Assembly: GCA_030604135.1 (NCBI GenBank)
Contig: JAUVWL010000007.1
Coordinates: 92,279 to 156,278, forward strand
DNA length: 64,000 bases
Reading direction: 5' to 3'
Source of the DNA: Burkholderiales bacterium
Lineage (GTDB): Bacteria; Pseudomonadota; Gammaproteobacteria; Burkholderiales; Burkholderiaceae_C
Below, piece after piece: positions 1-8,460 of the stretch (positions are counted from its first letter, which is position 1; every line of letters begins with the position of its first letter). Both the position numbers and the translations under genes were made by a program. The notes below the pieces were generated by a model. The model was not told the origin of the DNA. It did not search any database and saw only the letters and a program-made list of their open reading frames with translations.

Positions 1-237
1 CAGTGGATCGGTCGAGTCCGGCATGACGGATTCACTGTTGATGGTCGGCAAAAGCTTGCTGATGTCCATGCCGATGGTGGCCGCTTCTGCCAGAACTTGC
101 TGTACTGCTGCGAGCCAGCACTTGATCTCAGAGCTGGGCAGTTCAACCCACGCACGAGAGTCGACACCGATGAGCCGTTGGAGCTCCTTGGCGTGGGCGT
201 TGTAGGCTGCGCAAGCGAGGTCGTTCACGGACTTCAT
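1..237 (-). CDS. hypothetical early-operon protein, 3' part runs off window start (partial)
   Basis: ATG at 237 overlaps the stop of the upstream gene (ATGA). Frame stays open to position 1 (MKSVNDLACAAYNAHAKELQRLIG...). Not in the supplied track. Confidence 0.4.
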   Translation of the reverse strand, partial: MKSVNDLACAAYNAHAKELQRLIGVDSRAWVELPSSEIKCWLAAVQQVLAEAATIGMDISKLLPTINSESVMPDSTDPL

Positions 238-776
238 GGCCGATCCCCCACCTCAAAGCAGACGACCCGAACATGGTCTTCGCCTTCGTTCAGGACCGAG
301 AGCTTCCAGCCCTTCTTTCGGAGCTCCGTGACCGCGGTGCGAAGGGCATGGCGGTGAGCCATCGGCATCGAAAAAGACTTGCCAGCGGGCATGGTGGCGA
401 TCTTGGCCACCCAGCGCTGGTGCACCCGTGCCATCGCCTGAGCTGCAGTCTCAGGGATGTCTTCGAACTCAATCGCCTCGATATCCACCAGAGGTGCCAA
501 CCTCGGCTTCTTCGGCGCCGGCTGATCTGAGATGGCCAGTGCCTGGGGAGTCAGATCGAAGCGCTCGATATCCGCGCCGGCCGAAAAGACCAGACCGTCG
601 CGCTTGAGCAGGTTGGAGGCGACAGCCTCAGCCAACTGCTTGGGCACGTTCTTCGAGTCGCTGTGCCATTTGAGCGCAATGTCGTGGTGAGTCAACTCTT
701 CGTCCGGCAGTCGGCGGAAGTAGGCCACGACGCGCCAGGCCAGGCTGTTCTGTTGGGGTGTGTAGGGCGCGCTCAT
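234..776 (-). CDS. hypothetical phage early protein (180 aa)
   Basis: Internal ATG at 776 overlaps the gam stop (ATGA). The longer 278-aa track ORF has an Arg/Gly-rich unnatural N-terminus. Confidence 0.6.
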   Translation of the reverse strand: MSAPYTPQQNSLAWRVVAYFRRLPDEELTHHDIALKWHSDSKNVPKQLAEAVASNLLKRDGLVFSAGADIERFDLTPQALAISDQPAPKKPRLAPLVDIEAIEFEDIPETAAQAMARVHQRWVAKIATMPAGKSFSMPMAHRHALRTAVTELRKKGWKLSVLNEGEDHVRVVCFEVGDRP

Positions 777-1294
777 GCCGCATCTCCCACGTCCACCTCG
801 AACGGCGTGATGATGAAGTCCTCGACGTCGGTCACCACCTTGATCCCCTTGATGCCTGCCACCTGCGTGGGTTCGTCCAGGATGGCGTCCTTGTTGACCT
901 CTTCCTTCTCGCGAATGAAGCGCACAAGGCCAAGGCCTCGAAGACGTGCGATCACATCCTCGGCCTTGGTGATGGAAACGCTGGGGGGACGCTTGCGCCA
1001 GCTCACTTCGCCAGTGATCAGATTGGCGCTCTTGCCCTTGCCGCAGATCTCGACACGATGGGCCTCGCACCAGGTCTGAACGCCCAGCTGGAGCATTTCC
1101 ATGCGATCGCGTAGCGACTCCAGGCGAGGTGCCACGGACTTGGTCAACGTTGCGATCTGGTCGTTGACCTCGGTGTCGATGCGCTTGATCTCGCGCTGCA
1201 GGTCGCCGATGGACTTGATGTCACGCATGACATCGGTCTTGCTCTGCGGCGCCTGCACGTTGCTGACTGCCTTCAGGCGTGTCTTGGTGGCCAT
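773..1294 (-). CDS. gam: Mu Gam-like host-nuclease inhibitor (173 aa)
   Basis: Length and sequence pattern (…IGDLQREIKRIDTEVNDQIATL…) are typical of the Phage_Mu_Gam family. Lies downstream of the A/B transposition genes. Confidence 0.85.
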   Translation of the reverse strand: MATKTRLKAVSNVQAPQSKTDVMRDIKSIGDLQREIKRIDTEVNDQIATLTKSVAPRLESLRDRMEMLQLGVQTWCEAHRVEICGKGKSANLITGEVSWRKRPPSVSITKAEDVIARLRGLGLVRFIREKEEVNKDAILDEPTQVAGIKGIKVVTDVEDFIITPFEVDVGDAA

Positions 1295-1310
1295 GATGCG
1301 TCGCTCCTGG

Positions 1311-1628
1311 TCAGTTGAGGGGGGCTGCAGCAGAGTGGCGTTGGCGGCGCTCGTGCTCCTGCATCAAGTGATCGCTGACATCGAAGGTGACCGACGCAGC
1401 GGTTTCGGTGAGGGTTTCATCGGCGGATGCCAGCGCCATATACGCGGTGATCAGCGCATGCAAAGCCAGCAAGTTGGTGGGCCAGACCTTGTCGGACTCA
1501 CACCTGGGGACACCCAGGACTGCCATGCGCATGAGGCGGCTGGCCAGGTCGGCCTGCTGTTTGGCCGCGGCGTGATTGAGCGTGAACTCTGCAGAGCCAC
1601 GGACGGGAGAGAGAGGGATGTTGTTCAT
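1311..1628 (-). CDS. hypothetical early protein (105 aa)
   Basis: ATG at 1628 preceded by AAAGG. High GC3 frame within the early operon. Confidence 0.5.
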   Translation of the reverse strand: MNNIPLSPVRGSAEFTLNHAAAKQQADLASRLMRMAVLGVPRCESDKVWPTNLLALHALITAYMALASADETLTETAASVTFDVSDHLMQEHERRQRHSAAAPLN

Positions 1629-1638
1629 GGGAAACCTT

Positions 1639-1929
1639 TCAGGCCGGGACGGCCGGGTTTTGGTCATTGCCTGGGGGCATGGGCTCGCCCTCAATGGGTG
1701 TGCACAAGGCTGTGACTCCGTAGCTGGGATAGCGACGAGCCAGCGGGTTGATACGGATGTGATTTCGTCTGGCGAGCGCCATCAGCCATCGGCTGGCGGT
1801 TGCTGACGCCCTATTGAGTGGCTCACCAGGGATGAGGTGACGAGCCACATCTGAGGGCGTCCAGAATCCACCACCATCGCGAATGAGGCGGTAGACCTGA
1901 AGTGCTTCGGGGCTGAGCCGGTCTGACAT
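1639..1929 (-). CDS. hypothetical early protein (96 aa), possibly wHTH-like
   Basis: ATG at 1929 overlaps the stop of the upstream gene. Begins MSDRLSPEALQVYRLIRDGGGFWTPSDVARHL. Confidence 0.5.
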   Translation of the reverse strand: MSDRLSPEALQVYRLIRDGGGFWTPSDVARHLIPGEPLNRASATASRWLMALARRNHIRINPLARRYPSYGVTALCTPIEGEPMPPGNDQNPAVPA

Positions 1930-2198
1930 CACACTCTCCCGACGATCAAGCCAGCCGCCAGTCCTGCCAGGACGGCAAAAGCACACCACCAAGCGGTCGC
2001 CTTGACCCAGCGCAAAAGCTCACGCCGCCGCCTGGCCGTGCCGAACATGCCGACCTTGTGAGCCTCGATCACGCCCGGCGCGAACGGGCGCATGCAAGGG
2101 TGATTGACGTTGATGTGGGTCTCACTGCAGGGGGGCGTACGCATCTGGCAGACTCCCAGCTCGGTGCAACTGCGCATACGCTTTGGGGTGCTGTTCAT
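1929..2198 (-). CDS. Cys-rich protein with C-terminal transmembrane anchor (89 aa)
   Basis: Six Cys in the first 40 aa, C-terminal hydrophobic helix WWCAFAVLAGLAAGLIVG. Coupled to both neighbours. Confidence 0.5.
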   Translation of the reverse strand: MNSTPKRMRSCTELGVCQMRTPPCSETHINVNHPCMRPFAPGVIEAHKVGMFGTARRRRELLRWVKATAWWCAFAVLAGLAAGLIVGRV

Positions 2199-2353
2199 CG
2201 GGCGCCTCCAGTCAGTCGAACTGCGTTGACGGCGCCTGCGTCCGGGTAGTCCGCCCAGGTCTGATCCAGGGCATCTTCACGGGAGAGGAAGAAGCCGAAG
2301 CCCCGCAACAGCTTCCCGTTGTCCATCGTGAGGGTGATACGGAACAGACCCAT
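2195..2353 (-). CDS. small hypothetical protein (52 aa)
   Basis: Hand-translated: MGLFRITLTMDNGKLLRGFGFFLSREDALDQTWADYPDAGAVNAVRLTGGAR. Starts 2 nt after the MuB-like stop and its stop overlaps the next ATG. Too short for the track. Confidence 0.4.
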   Translation of the reverse strand: MGLFRITLTMDNGKLLRGFGFFLSREDALDQTWADYPDAGAVNAVRLTGGAR

Positions 2354-2354
2354 G

Positions 2355-3569
2355 TCACACCTCCTTGACCACGTCGGCGGTGACCTTCGGAGAACCCAGG
2401 TCAGCCGCCAGGTTCATGCAGGCAGTCAGCAGGTTGTTCACCGCCAGCGGGTACAGCAGGCTGACAGCCTGTTGCTTGCCGAAGCCCCCACGTCCTTGAC
2501 CTGGTCGAGTGGTCATGAGGCGGGTGCGGATCATGTCGATCGCCCCCTGGTCGACGACCTCGGCAACCGGCTTGCCTGCCCGGTCGAACTTGAACCGGAT
2601 GTAGTCTTCCAGCCGGGTGTCCAGCGGCTGCAGTTCGATGAGCTCACAGCGCTGGACCACCTCGCGCACCCGGGGGTCGCTCTCGTTGAGCTTGTCGCGC
2701 AGTTCGCTCTGGCCGATCAGGATGATGGACAGGACCTTGCAGAACCCGTCCTCGATTTCGAAGAAGCGCTTGAGGTGCTTGAGCGTGGGGATGGGCAGGC
2801 CGTGTGCCTCTTCAATGACCAGGACATGCTGGTTGCCGCTGCGGTGGCTGTCGCGCAGCGCGGAACGGACCTGCCGAAAGCGCTTCTCCGGACTGCTGTG
2901 GACCGTCTGCAGCGGCGCTACGTCGGCCAGGATGGCCTCTGCGATATGCCCGGCCTTGAGGGTCTTGCCCTTGGTGTCGTTGTCCTCCATGCCCTCGACG
3001 CTGGGCTGGATGACGATCACCCGGGCGTTCTCACGGCTGATGCGGTCGATCAGATCCTTGCGCAGCGTGCTCTTGCCCGAGCCGCTCTCGCCCACGACAG
3101 CGATGAAGCCGCCGTGGCGAGCGGTCTGCCACATCCCTTCGCGCACGTAGCGGATGTCAGGGGAGACGAACACATCCTCGTGGCTGGTGACCGATTCATC
3201 GGCCAGGGGGTCACGGAACAGCCCAAAGTGCTTCTTGGCAGCTGGTGCCAGGCCTTGTTTTCGCAGTAGCATTGCATGGTCCTCTTCGTCAGTGGTTGAT
3301 GAAACCGGGGACACCGCCGGGGCCACGTCTTGCACACGCGGCTCCGGCACCTCTTCAAAAACGGTGGCCAGCGCCCGGTCGCCGACTCCGCAGTCCTTCA
3401 AAAACGCGATGCACACGCCCTTGAGGGCCTCTATGTCCATCGTTCGCGGCCACTGGCCGTGGTTGATCAGGGCGGCCAGCGTGGGCCGCGCAATCCCCAT
3501 TTCTCGCGCCATGTCCTCCTGGCGGATGGCGTGTTCCTTCATGACCTGTTTGAGTTGCAGGGTGGACAT
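2355..3569 (-). CDS. MuB-like AAA+ DNA transposition ATPase with N-terminal HTH (404 aa)
   Basis: Walker A VVGESGSGKST, Walker B-like VLVIEEAH. Start overlaps the transposase stop (ATGA). Confidence 0.85.
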   Translation of the reverse strand: MSTLQLKQVMKEHAIRQEDMAREMGIARPTLAALINHGQWPRTMDIEALKGVCIAFLKDCGVGDRALATVFEEVPEPRVQDVAPAVSPVSSTTDEEDHAMLLRKQGLAPAAKKHFGLFRDPLADESVTSHEDVFVSPDIRYVREGMWQTARHGGFIAVVGESGSGKSTLRKDLIDRISRENARVIVIQPSVEGMEDNDTKGKTLKAGHIAEAILADVAPLQTVHSSPEKRFRQVRSALRDSHRSGNQHVLVIEEAHGLPIPTLKHLKRFFEIEDGFCKVLSIILIGQSELRDKLNESDPRVREVVQRCELIELQPLDTRLEDYIRFKFDRAGKPVAEVVDQGAIDMIRTRLMTTRPGQGRGGFGKQQAVSLLYPLAVNNLLTACMNLAADLGSPKVTADVVKEV

Positions 3570-5419
3570 CAGGCGCCTCCCACTGCGCGCAGCGGTTGCA
3601 TGGTCCTGCCAGCCTTGATCTCATCGGCGATCGTCTGCAGGGCGTCTTCCTGCACGCCGCCTGGGTGCCGCTGTGCCAACCAGGCAAAGTGCTCTGCTGT
3701 CCAGGCATCGCCCACCAGCGCGCGCAACCGCTTGGCCGCCTCGACATGGGACAGCGGCGCCGCCTGCACCTCGCGCACCGAGCGTCCGGCCACGCGAACC
3801 GCCTCGGTCTGCACCTCGGTGGCCACCGGCAAGAGGCGAGCGGGGGCCTCGTGCTCGGCCAGTGGTGTGTGGGCTACCATGCCCTTGCCCCCATTGAAGT
3901 CGGCAAACGGGCGCGCGCTCTTCTCGCGCAGGGCTTCGGCACCGTCCACCGTGGTGCCCTCGCCATAGGCCGCAACCGCCAGTCGGCGGGCCACCGCCTC
4001 ACCGGCCGTCTCCGGTGCGCGGTGGTAGCCCTCACCAATCAGCTGAGCTGAGAGGCTGCGGCCTGCCGCGTCGAAGTCGCGCTGCGGCTCAACCTCCACC
4101 AGCAACGGCTCGGCCCCAGGGCGGGCAATCTCCACCCGCAGCAAGCCGTCGCGCATCAGCAGGGGCGTCACGGTCACCCTCTGCCGGTTGTGGATGAATT
4201 CCGCCCACGCTCGCAGGTCATAGCGCGCGGCCCGGCCCAGCTCCGGGTGAGCAAAGGTGATCTGCAGGTTGTTGACCTGGCGCTCACGCTCGCGCCCGGC
4301 CATGAACCACTGGCACACCTCGCGACTTGGCAACTCCACCAGTGCGCCAGGCGCTCTCAAGATCAGGTTCCACAGGTCATCGCGCACCATCGGTTCACCG
4401 CTGGCACGCACCAGTCGAGCGTCTACGTGCTTGATCAGGTTGGCGTTCCAGGCACGCGACCAGGCCAGGGCTGAAGCGTTCAGCTCTTCTACCGAGTTCA
4501 CAGGCTCCAGCTTCAGTCGGCTCTCGAAGTGCGTCTCCACTAGGTTGTTCGCCTGCTCGACGCTGCCCTTGGCCCAGGAGTGGCCGGCCGCATGCGTCTC
4601 GTGCCGCACACCCAGACCGTCAAGCAGGTTCTTGATCGCGTGGCTCGTGTTGGCACTGCCCTTGTCCCATAGCAACAGCTTGGGCACGCCGAAGTTCAGA
4701 CGTCCCTCCTGGCGACCCCAGGTCCACATCAGAAAGTCGAACAGCACCCCCTGGTTCTCACCCGCGCTCTCGAAATAGCGCACATCGACCACCCCGCTGA
4801 AGTGGTCCACCCGCACGTAGCGCCACACCTTGAGCTTCACCTTGGCGTAGTTCTCGTGCTTGTTCTTGTAGAACTTCGCCTCGGTCATCAGGTGCTGCTT
4901 GCCGCCCATGTAGTACAGCAGGCAAAGCGACGGGTCGATCTGGTGCACGTGGTTCACCATTTCGCTGCGCAGCTCGGTCGTCACGCGTGACGACATGACC
5001 GAGGCCGCATCCATCCGCCGCTCGCGCAGCAGCCGCGCCACCTGGCTCTGGCTCACGTTGACCGTGATACCGTTCATGTCGGCCACGTTCATGGCCACCC
5101 CAATGGGCATGGTCTGCTTGCCGTTGAGGCGAACCCCTTCGCGCTTCATGGCGGCGATCGCCTGCAGGCTCTCATCGGGCAGGCGGCTGCTGCCCTTGTC
5201 GGTGCGCGCCTTGCGGCCGCTGTCGTAGTCCGCGTACTGGCGCAACCAGTTGTAGACCGTGTTCGTGCTGCGACCCAGGCCCATGGCATACCGCTCCACC
5301 ATGGACCGACGATCGCCATGCGCGGCTGCGTTGAGCCGGTCGCGCAGGGCCACCAGGTCAACCAGCGCGTCCGCGCTCAGCGGCATGTTGTTGTTGCTTG
5401 CCATGGCGACCTCGCTCAC
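3569..5419 (-). CDS. MuA-like DDE transposase (616 aa; alternative ATG at 5404 with GAGG SD)
   Basis: rve/DDE-type core (…HQIDPSL…WRYVRVDHFSG…WDKGSANTSH…). Size and position immediately upstream of the B-like ATPase. Confidence 0.9.
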   Translation of the reverse strand: MSEVAMASNNNMPLSADALVDLVALRDRLNAAAHGDRRSMVERYAMGLGRSTNTVYNWLRQYADYDSGRKARTDKGSSRLPDESLQAIAAMKREGVRLNGKQTMPIGVAMNVADMNGITVNVSQSQVARLLRERRMDAASVMSSRVTTELRSEMVNHVHQIDPSLCLLYYMGGKQHLMTEAKFYKNKHENYAKVKLKVWRYVRVDHFSGVVDVRYFESAGENQGVLFDFLMWTWGRQEGRLNFGVPKLLLWDKGSANTSHAIKNLLDGLGVRHETHAAGHSWAKGSVEQANNLVETHFESRLKLEPVNSVEELNASALAWSRAWNANLIKHVDARLVRASGEPMVRDDLWNLILRAPGALVELPSREVCQWFMAGRERERQVNNLQITFAHPELGRAARYDLRAWAEFIHNRQRVTVTPLLMRDGLLRVEIARPGAEPLLVEVEPQRDFDAAGRSLSAQLIGEGYHRAPETAGEAVARRLAVAAYGEGTTVDGAEALREKSARPFADFNGGKGMVAHTPLAEHEAPARLLPVATEVQTEAVRVAGRSVREVQAAPLSHVEAAKRLRALVGDAWTAEHFAWLAQRHPGGVQEDALQTIADEIKAGRTMQPLRAVGGA

Positions 5420-6264
5420 TCGGGCAGGAACATGCCGAGCGTGTCCATGAAGTCCTTCATCGAGCGGCCGAGCTCTTCTTCCATGGCCAGGTAGATGTCG
5501 CGCATCGTCACCGCCATCACCGCCAGGGCTGCGTCGTGGATCTTCTGTCCTTCCTCGTCGCCCGGCCGGTCGTCCATCGCCTGGATGCGGATGTCGCGCA
5601 GTGCCTTGAGCTTGGCCAGTGCATCGCGCTTGAGAGCGCTGGCCAGTGCGTCCGCTGCCTTGAACTGGTCGGGCAGGTCAACCACCACATTGAACCGTTT
5701 ATTCTTACGCTCCAGCTCATTGATTTTGCGGTCTTTGTTAGCGGCCACTTCCTCTGCGGCCTGCTTGTCGGCCTGGAGCTCACGGGCCGCCTGGCGCAGC
5801 TCGCTGGCGCTCATGCGGTCGAAATCGTCCATCTCCTGCAGGCCATCAAGGACGTCGTCGTCGTGGGTGACCAGCTCAAGGAAGGCCTGACCGTTCTTCG
5901 CCCGGTCGGCCAAATGCGACAGAATGTCGCTTTTGGCGGTCTTCAGCGCGGCCTGCATGAAACGTTGAGCTGTCTTGATGTGGAACCCCAGCAGCTCCAC
6001 CCGCTTCGTGAACTCCCCATGCGGTGTCAGCTCCTTGAGCACCAGCAGGCGCTTGCCTGTCTCCAGAATCGCCTCGACGGTGCGACGCTGGTAGAAGCGG
6101 ATTTCGTCTTCCAGGGCGCCGACGGTCATGGTTCCCTCGTATCCGATCTGTCGGGCCACGGTGATCGCCTTGCTGGCCTGCTCGGCGTGCAGCTGGGCCA
6201 GTTCGGTGGTCTTGGCGCCCAGCACCTCGACGGCGTCGAGGGTCTCGTTCTGTTGTTTTCCCAT
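5416..6264 (-). CDS. DUF3102-like phage protein (282 aa)
   Basis: ATG at 6264 with AAGGA upstream. The N-terminal region resembles the DUF3102 proteins commonly found next to Mu-like transposases (recognised from memory). Confidence 0.6.
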   Translation of the reverse strand: MGKQQNETLDAVEVLGAKTTELAQLHAEQASKAITVARQIGYEGTMTVGALEDEIRFYQRRTVEAILETGKRLLVLKELTPHGEFTKRVELLGFHIKTAQRFMQAALKTAKSDILSHLADRAKNGQAFLELVTHDDDVLDGLQEMDDFDRMSASELRQAARELQADKQAAEEVAANKDRKINELERKNKRFNVVVDLPDQFKAADALASALKRDALAKLKALRDIRIQAMDDRPGDEEGQKIHDAALAVMAVTMRDIYLAMEEELGRSMKDFMDTLGMFLPE

Positions 6265-6304
6265 GGTGGGTCTCTGTCCTTGCGGTGGTTGATGAAAACG
6301 GGGG

Positions 6305-6607
6305 TCAGCCCAGCAGGTAGTTGCGGCGCATGTCCTCCAGCTGCTGCGCACACTTCTCGAACGCGCGCAGGCTGCGCACGCTCAGCTGGCTGAAGCGCGT
6401 GGTGATCCGAAAACGCCCCTCGGGCGTCTTCTCGACCCAGCCCTTGTCCATGAGCAGCTCGGCATCACGGGTGACGTAGCTGGCCGGCACAGACAGGGCG
6501 GTGGCGATATCCTTGTTGCTCATGCCCAAGGGAAGCTCTCCGCTGAGCAGCTCCAGCATGGACAGAACGCGCAGCACCTGGGCACCGGTCTTGTCCTGGG
6601 CGCTCAT
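6305..6607 (-). CDS. winged-helix (IclR/MarR-N-like) DNA-binding protein (100 aa)
   Basis: Pattern LRVLSMLELLSG…MSNKDIATALSVPASYVTRDAELLMDKGWVEK. ATGA overlap with the Ner-like gene. Confidence 0.6.
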   Translation of the reverse strand: MSAQDKTGAQVLRVLSMLELLSGELPLGMSNKDIATALSVPASYVTRDAELLMDKGWVEKTPEGRFRITTRFSQLSVRSLRAFEKCAQQLEDMRRNYLLG

Positions 6608-6903
6608 GCCAGCGCTCCCACTGCTGCGTTCTTGCGGCGCGGCAGCTTGGCCGGGTCAGCCGCCTCGGCCATGGACGGGTCCGGCTTGAGCCCGAGCACG
6701 ATGGCGGCCAGGTGCGCATGGCCTCGGGTGCCCTTGAGTTGCCCATTTGGCCGAAGCATGTCCTGCAGCACCAGGCGATTCAGGCCGTTGGCCCGCGCCA
6801 GCTGGCTGATGCTCAGTCCATGCGCCAGGATGAAGGTGCGCGCGCTCTGCACCGTCTGCGGGTACGGCAGGCGCGTGATGACAGCGGTGGGCTTGGTCTT
6901 CAT
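6604..6903 (-). CDS. Ner/Nlp-like early regulator (99 aa)
   Basis: GLSISQLARANGLNRLVLQDML…LAAIVLGLKP resembles Mu Ner/Nlp. First gene of the leftward early operon, divergent from the XRE gene. Confidence 0.65.
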   Translation of the reverse strand: MKTKPTAVITRLPYPQTVQSARTFILAHGLSISQLARANGLNRLVLQDMLRPNGQLKGTRGHAHLAAIVLGLKPDPSMAEAADPAKLPRRKNAAVGALA

Positions 6904-6953
6904 GGTGTGTTTGAAAGTGGTAAATTGATGTTTCTAAGAATCAGGAGGAACGC

Positions 6954-7436
6954 ATGGACATCTCAACGGGTCTCGCCAGCTTCAGCGCGATGTCGGACCT
7001 GTTCGCCTTGCTTGTGAATGAGCGAGACCGCCAGAAAGCGACGGCCATCCAGGTCGAGTTCACGAACAAACTCATTGAGGCTCAGACCCATCTCTCGCAA
7101 CTGCAGGGCACCGTCATCGAGCAGCAGCGGCTTATCGCTTCCCTGGAGCAGCGCGTTCGCGACATGAGCGCTCGCGAGGCTGAGAAAGAGCGTTACGTCC
7201 TTTCCAAAGTGGGAAGTCACAGGGAGTTCTTCGCGTATCGCCTGCGTGGCGCGGCTGAACTTGTTGAGCGCGCTGACGAGATCGACCACTTCCTCTGTCA
7301 GCCTTGCTTCGACAGTGGCAAGAAGGTCGTGCTCAGCGGCAACGGGGAGGGTTACTGGGAGTGCCCTGTCTGCAGGCACGGCAGCCAGACCACTCATTCC
7401 AAAGTGAGCATTCGCCGCCGAATCGCTGGCGGCTAA
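6954..7436 (+). CDS. coiled-coil protein with C-terminal CxxC…CxxC zinc ribbon (160 aa)
   Basis: AGGAGG SD, high GC3 frame. Heptad-rich 30-90, then FLCQPCFDSGKKVVLSGNGEGYWECPVCRHG. Confidence 0.65.
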   Translation: MDISTGLASFSAMSDLFALLVNERDRQKATAIQVEFTNKLIEAQTHLSQLQGTVIEQQRLIASLEQRVRDMSAREAEKERYVLSKVGSHREFFAYRLRGAAELVERADEIDHFLCQPCFDSGKKVVLSGNGEGYWECPVCRHGSQTTHSKVSIRRRIAGG

Positions 7437-7501
7437 AGGCACTGGGTTTTTGTTCATCGTCTGTGTGGTGGATGCGTCTGGTTCGGGATGGATTGATAGT
7501 G

Positions 7502-7530
7502 ATTGTGGTGCAGATATTTGCACCTGTCAA
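7502..7530 (-). promoter_or_regulatory. candidate leftward sigma70 promoter with palindromic operator in the spacer
   Basis: Minus strand reads TTGACA-N17-CACAAT. The spacer is filled by the inverted repeat GGTGCA-N6-TGCACC (7507-7524). Confidence 0.3.
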
Positions 7531-7551
7531 CAAATAGATGAGGATTTCTGC

Positions 7552-7974
7552 GTGATCAATTTCAGGCTGAAGGAAGAGCGCGAGCGACTCGGGCTCACGC
7601 AACCTCAGTTAGCCGAGGTCGCCATGTCCTCAAAGAGGACAGTGATCGACTGGGAGAAGGGTGTTTCGTCACCGACAACGGTGCAGCTCGCTGCACTGGC
7701 CGAAGCGGGCGCAGATGTGCTCTACATCGTGGCTGGCCAACGCAGTCAAGGCGTAGCCGAAGTGGAGTTGCTGCCTTCAGATGAGCGCGTACTGCTGGAC
7801 AGCTACCGTCGATGCAACCCGGAAGCAAAACGCAACCTCATCCAGACGGCCGCGCTGCTGTCGGCCGGCATGGCAGGTCAAGTCGGGGCGAGCATGGTCA
7901 ATAACGCACCAGGCAGCGTGCAGGTGGGTCAACAGTCAGGCAGTCGGGTGACGATCAAGAACAGGGGGAAGTGA
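7552..7974 (+). CDS. XRE-family HTH regulator, likely prophage repressor (140 aa from GTG 7552; ORF open from 7450)
   Basis: HTH LGLTQPQLAEVAMSSKRTVIDWEKG. GAGGA precedes the GTG. Divergent from the early operon. Confidence 0.75.
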   Translation: MINFRLKEERERLGLTQPQLAEVAMSSKRTVIDWEKGVSSPTTVQLAALAEAGADVLYIVAGQRSQGVAEVELLPSDERVLLDSYRRCNPEAKRNLIQTAALLSAGMAGQVGASMVNNAPGSVQVGQQSGSRVTIKNRGK

Positions 7975-8016
7975 GCATTGATCGCGTACAGAAGATTTCT
8001 CAGGGAGCTGTGGGCC

Positions 8017-8460
8017 ATGTTGATGCCCAGGCAGAGCAACAAAGGTGGTGGCACGGTGCAGGTAGGACGACTGAACGGCAACGTCACCGTCATCAACCAC
8101 CACCATGCGAGCGGCCCCTCTCGCGGCGGCCGGGCCTCGGCTGCAGGCCGAAGAGCCACGCCCGCTCAGCGCGAAGTGCTTGATCTGCTGAACAGGGTCC
8201 CGGATCGCATTGCAATCCTGAAGTTCATGGAGAAGGAGTTCAAAACGCGACTGGTGATCGAGCTCCAACCCGATCAGTTGTATCGGGTCAAGCGCTACGT
8301 GCAGGCGGTGCTGACCAACAGTGAAGCACCGGTGACCTTGGAGCCGCCACCGGTCTCGGCCTTTCAGCGAGAACGTGCGCTGAGGCTGGCCAATGAGGCC
8401 GACGAGGCGCAAGCTCGCAGACTGCAACGCTCATCAACCACGTCAGGGAGGAACTCATGA
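8017..8460 (+). CDS. hypothetical protein (147 aa), resembles the C-terminal module of longer XRE-type phage regulators
   Basis: Starts with a repeat of the preceding gene's C-terminal motif (GTVQVG..G.VTVIN), then a His run and a helical domain. Start uncertain (TTG 7978 or ATG 8017). Confidence 0.5.
   Translation: MLMPRQSNKGGGTVQVGRLNGNVTVINHHHASGPSRGGRASAAGRRATPAQREVLDLLNRVPDRIAILKFMEKEFKTRLVIELQPDQLYRVKRYVQAVLTNSEAPVTLEPPPVSAFQRERALRLANEADEAQARRLQRSSTTSGRNS

Noticed and set aside
6963-7523. 186-aa minus-strand ORF that would extend the early operon upstream of the Ner-like gene
   Set aside because: - It has lower GC3 and a Ser/Ala/Leu-rich, featureless translation.
- The plus-strand ORF 6954-7436 has an AGGAGG SD, high GC3 and a clear Zn-ribbon motif.
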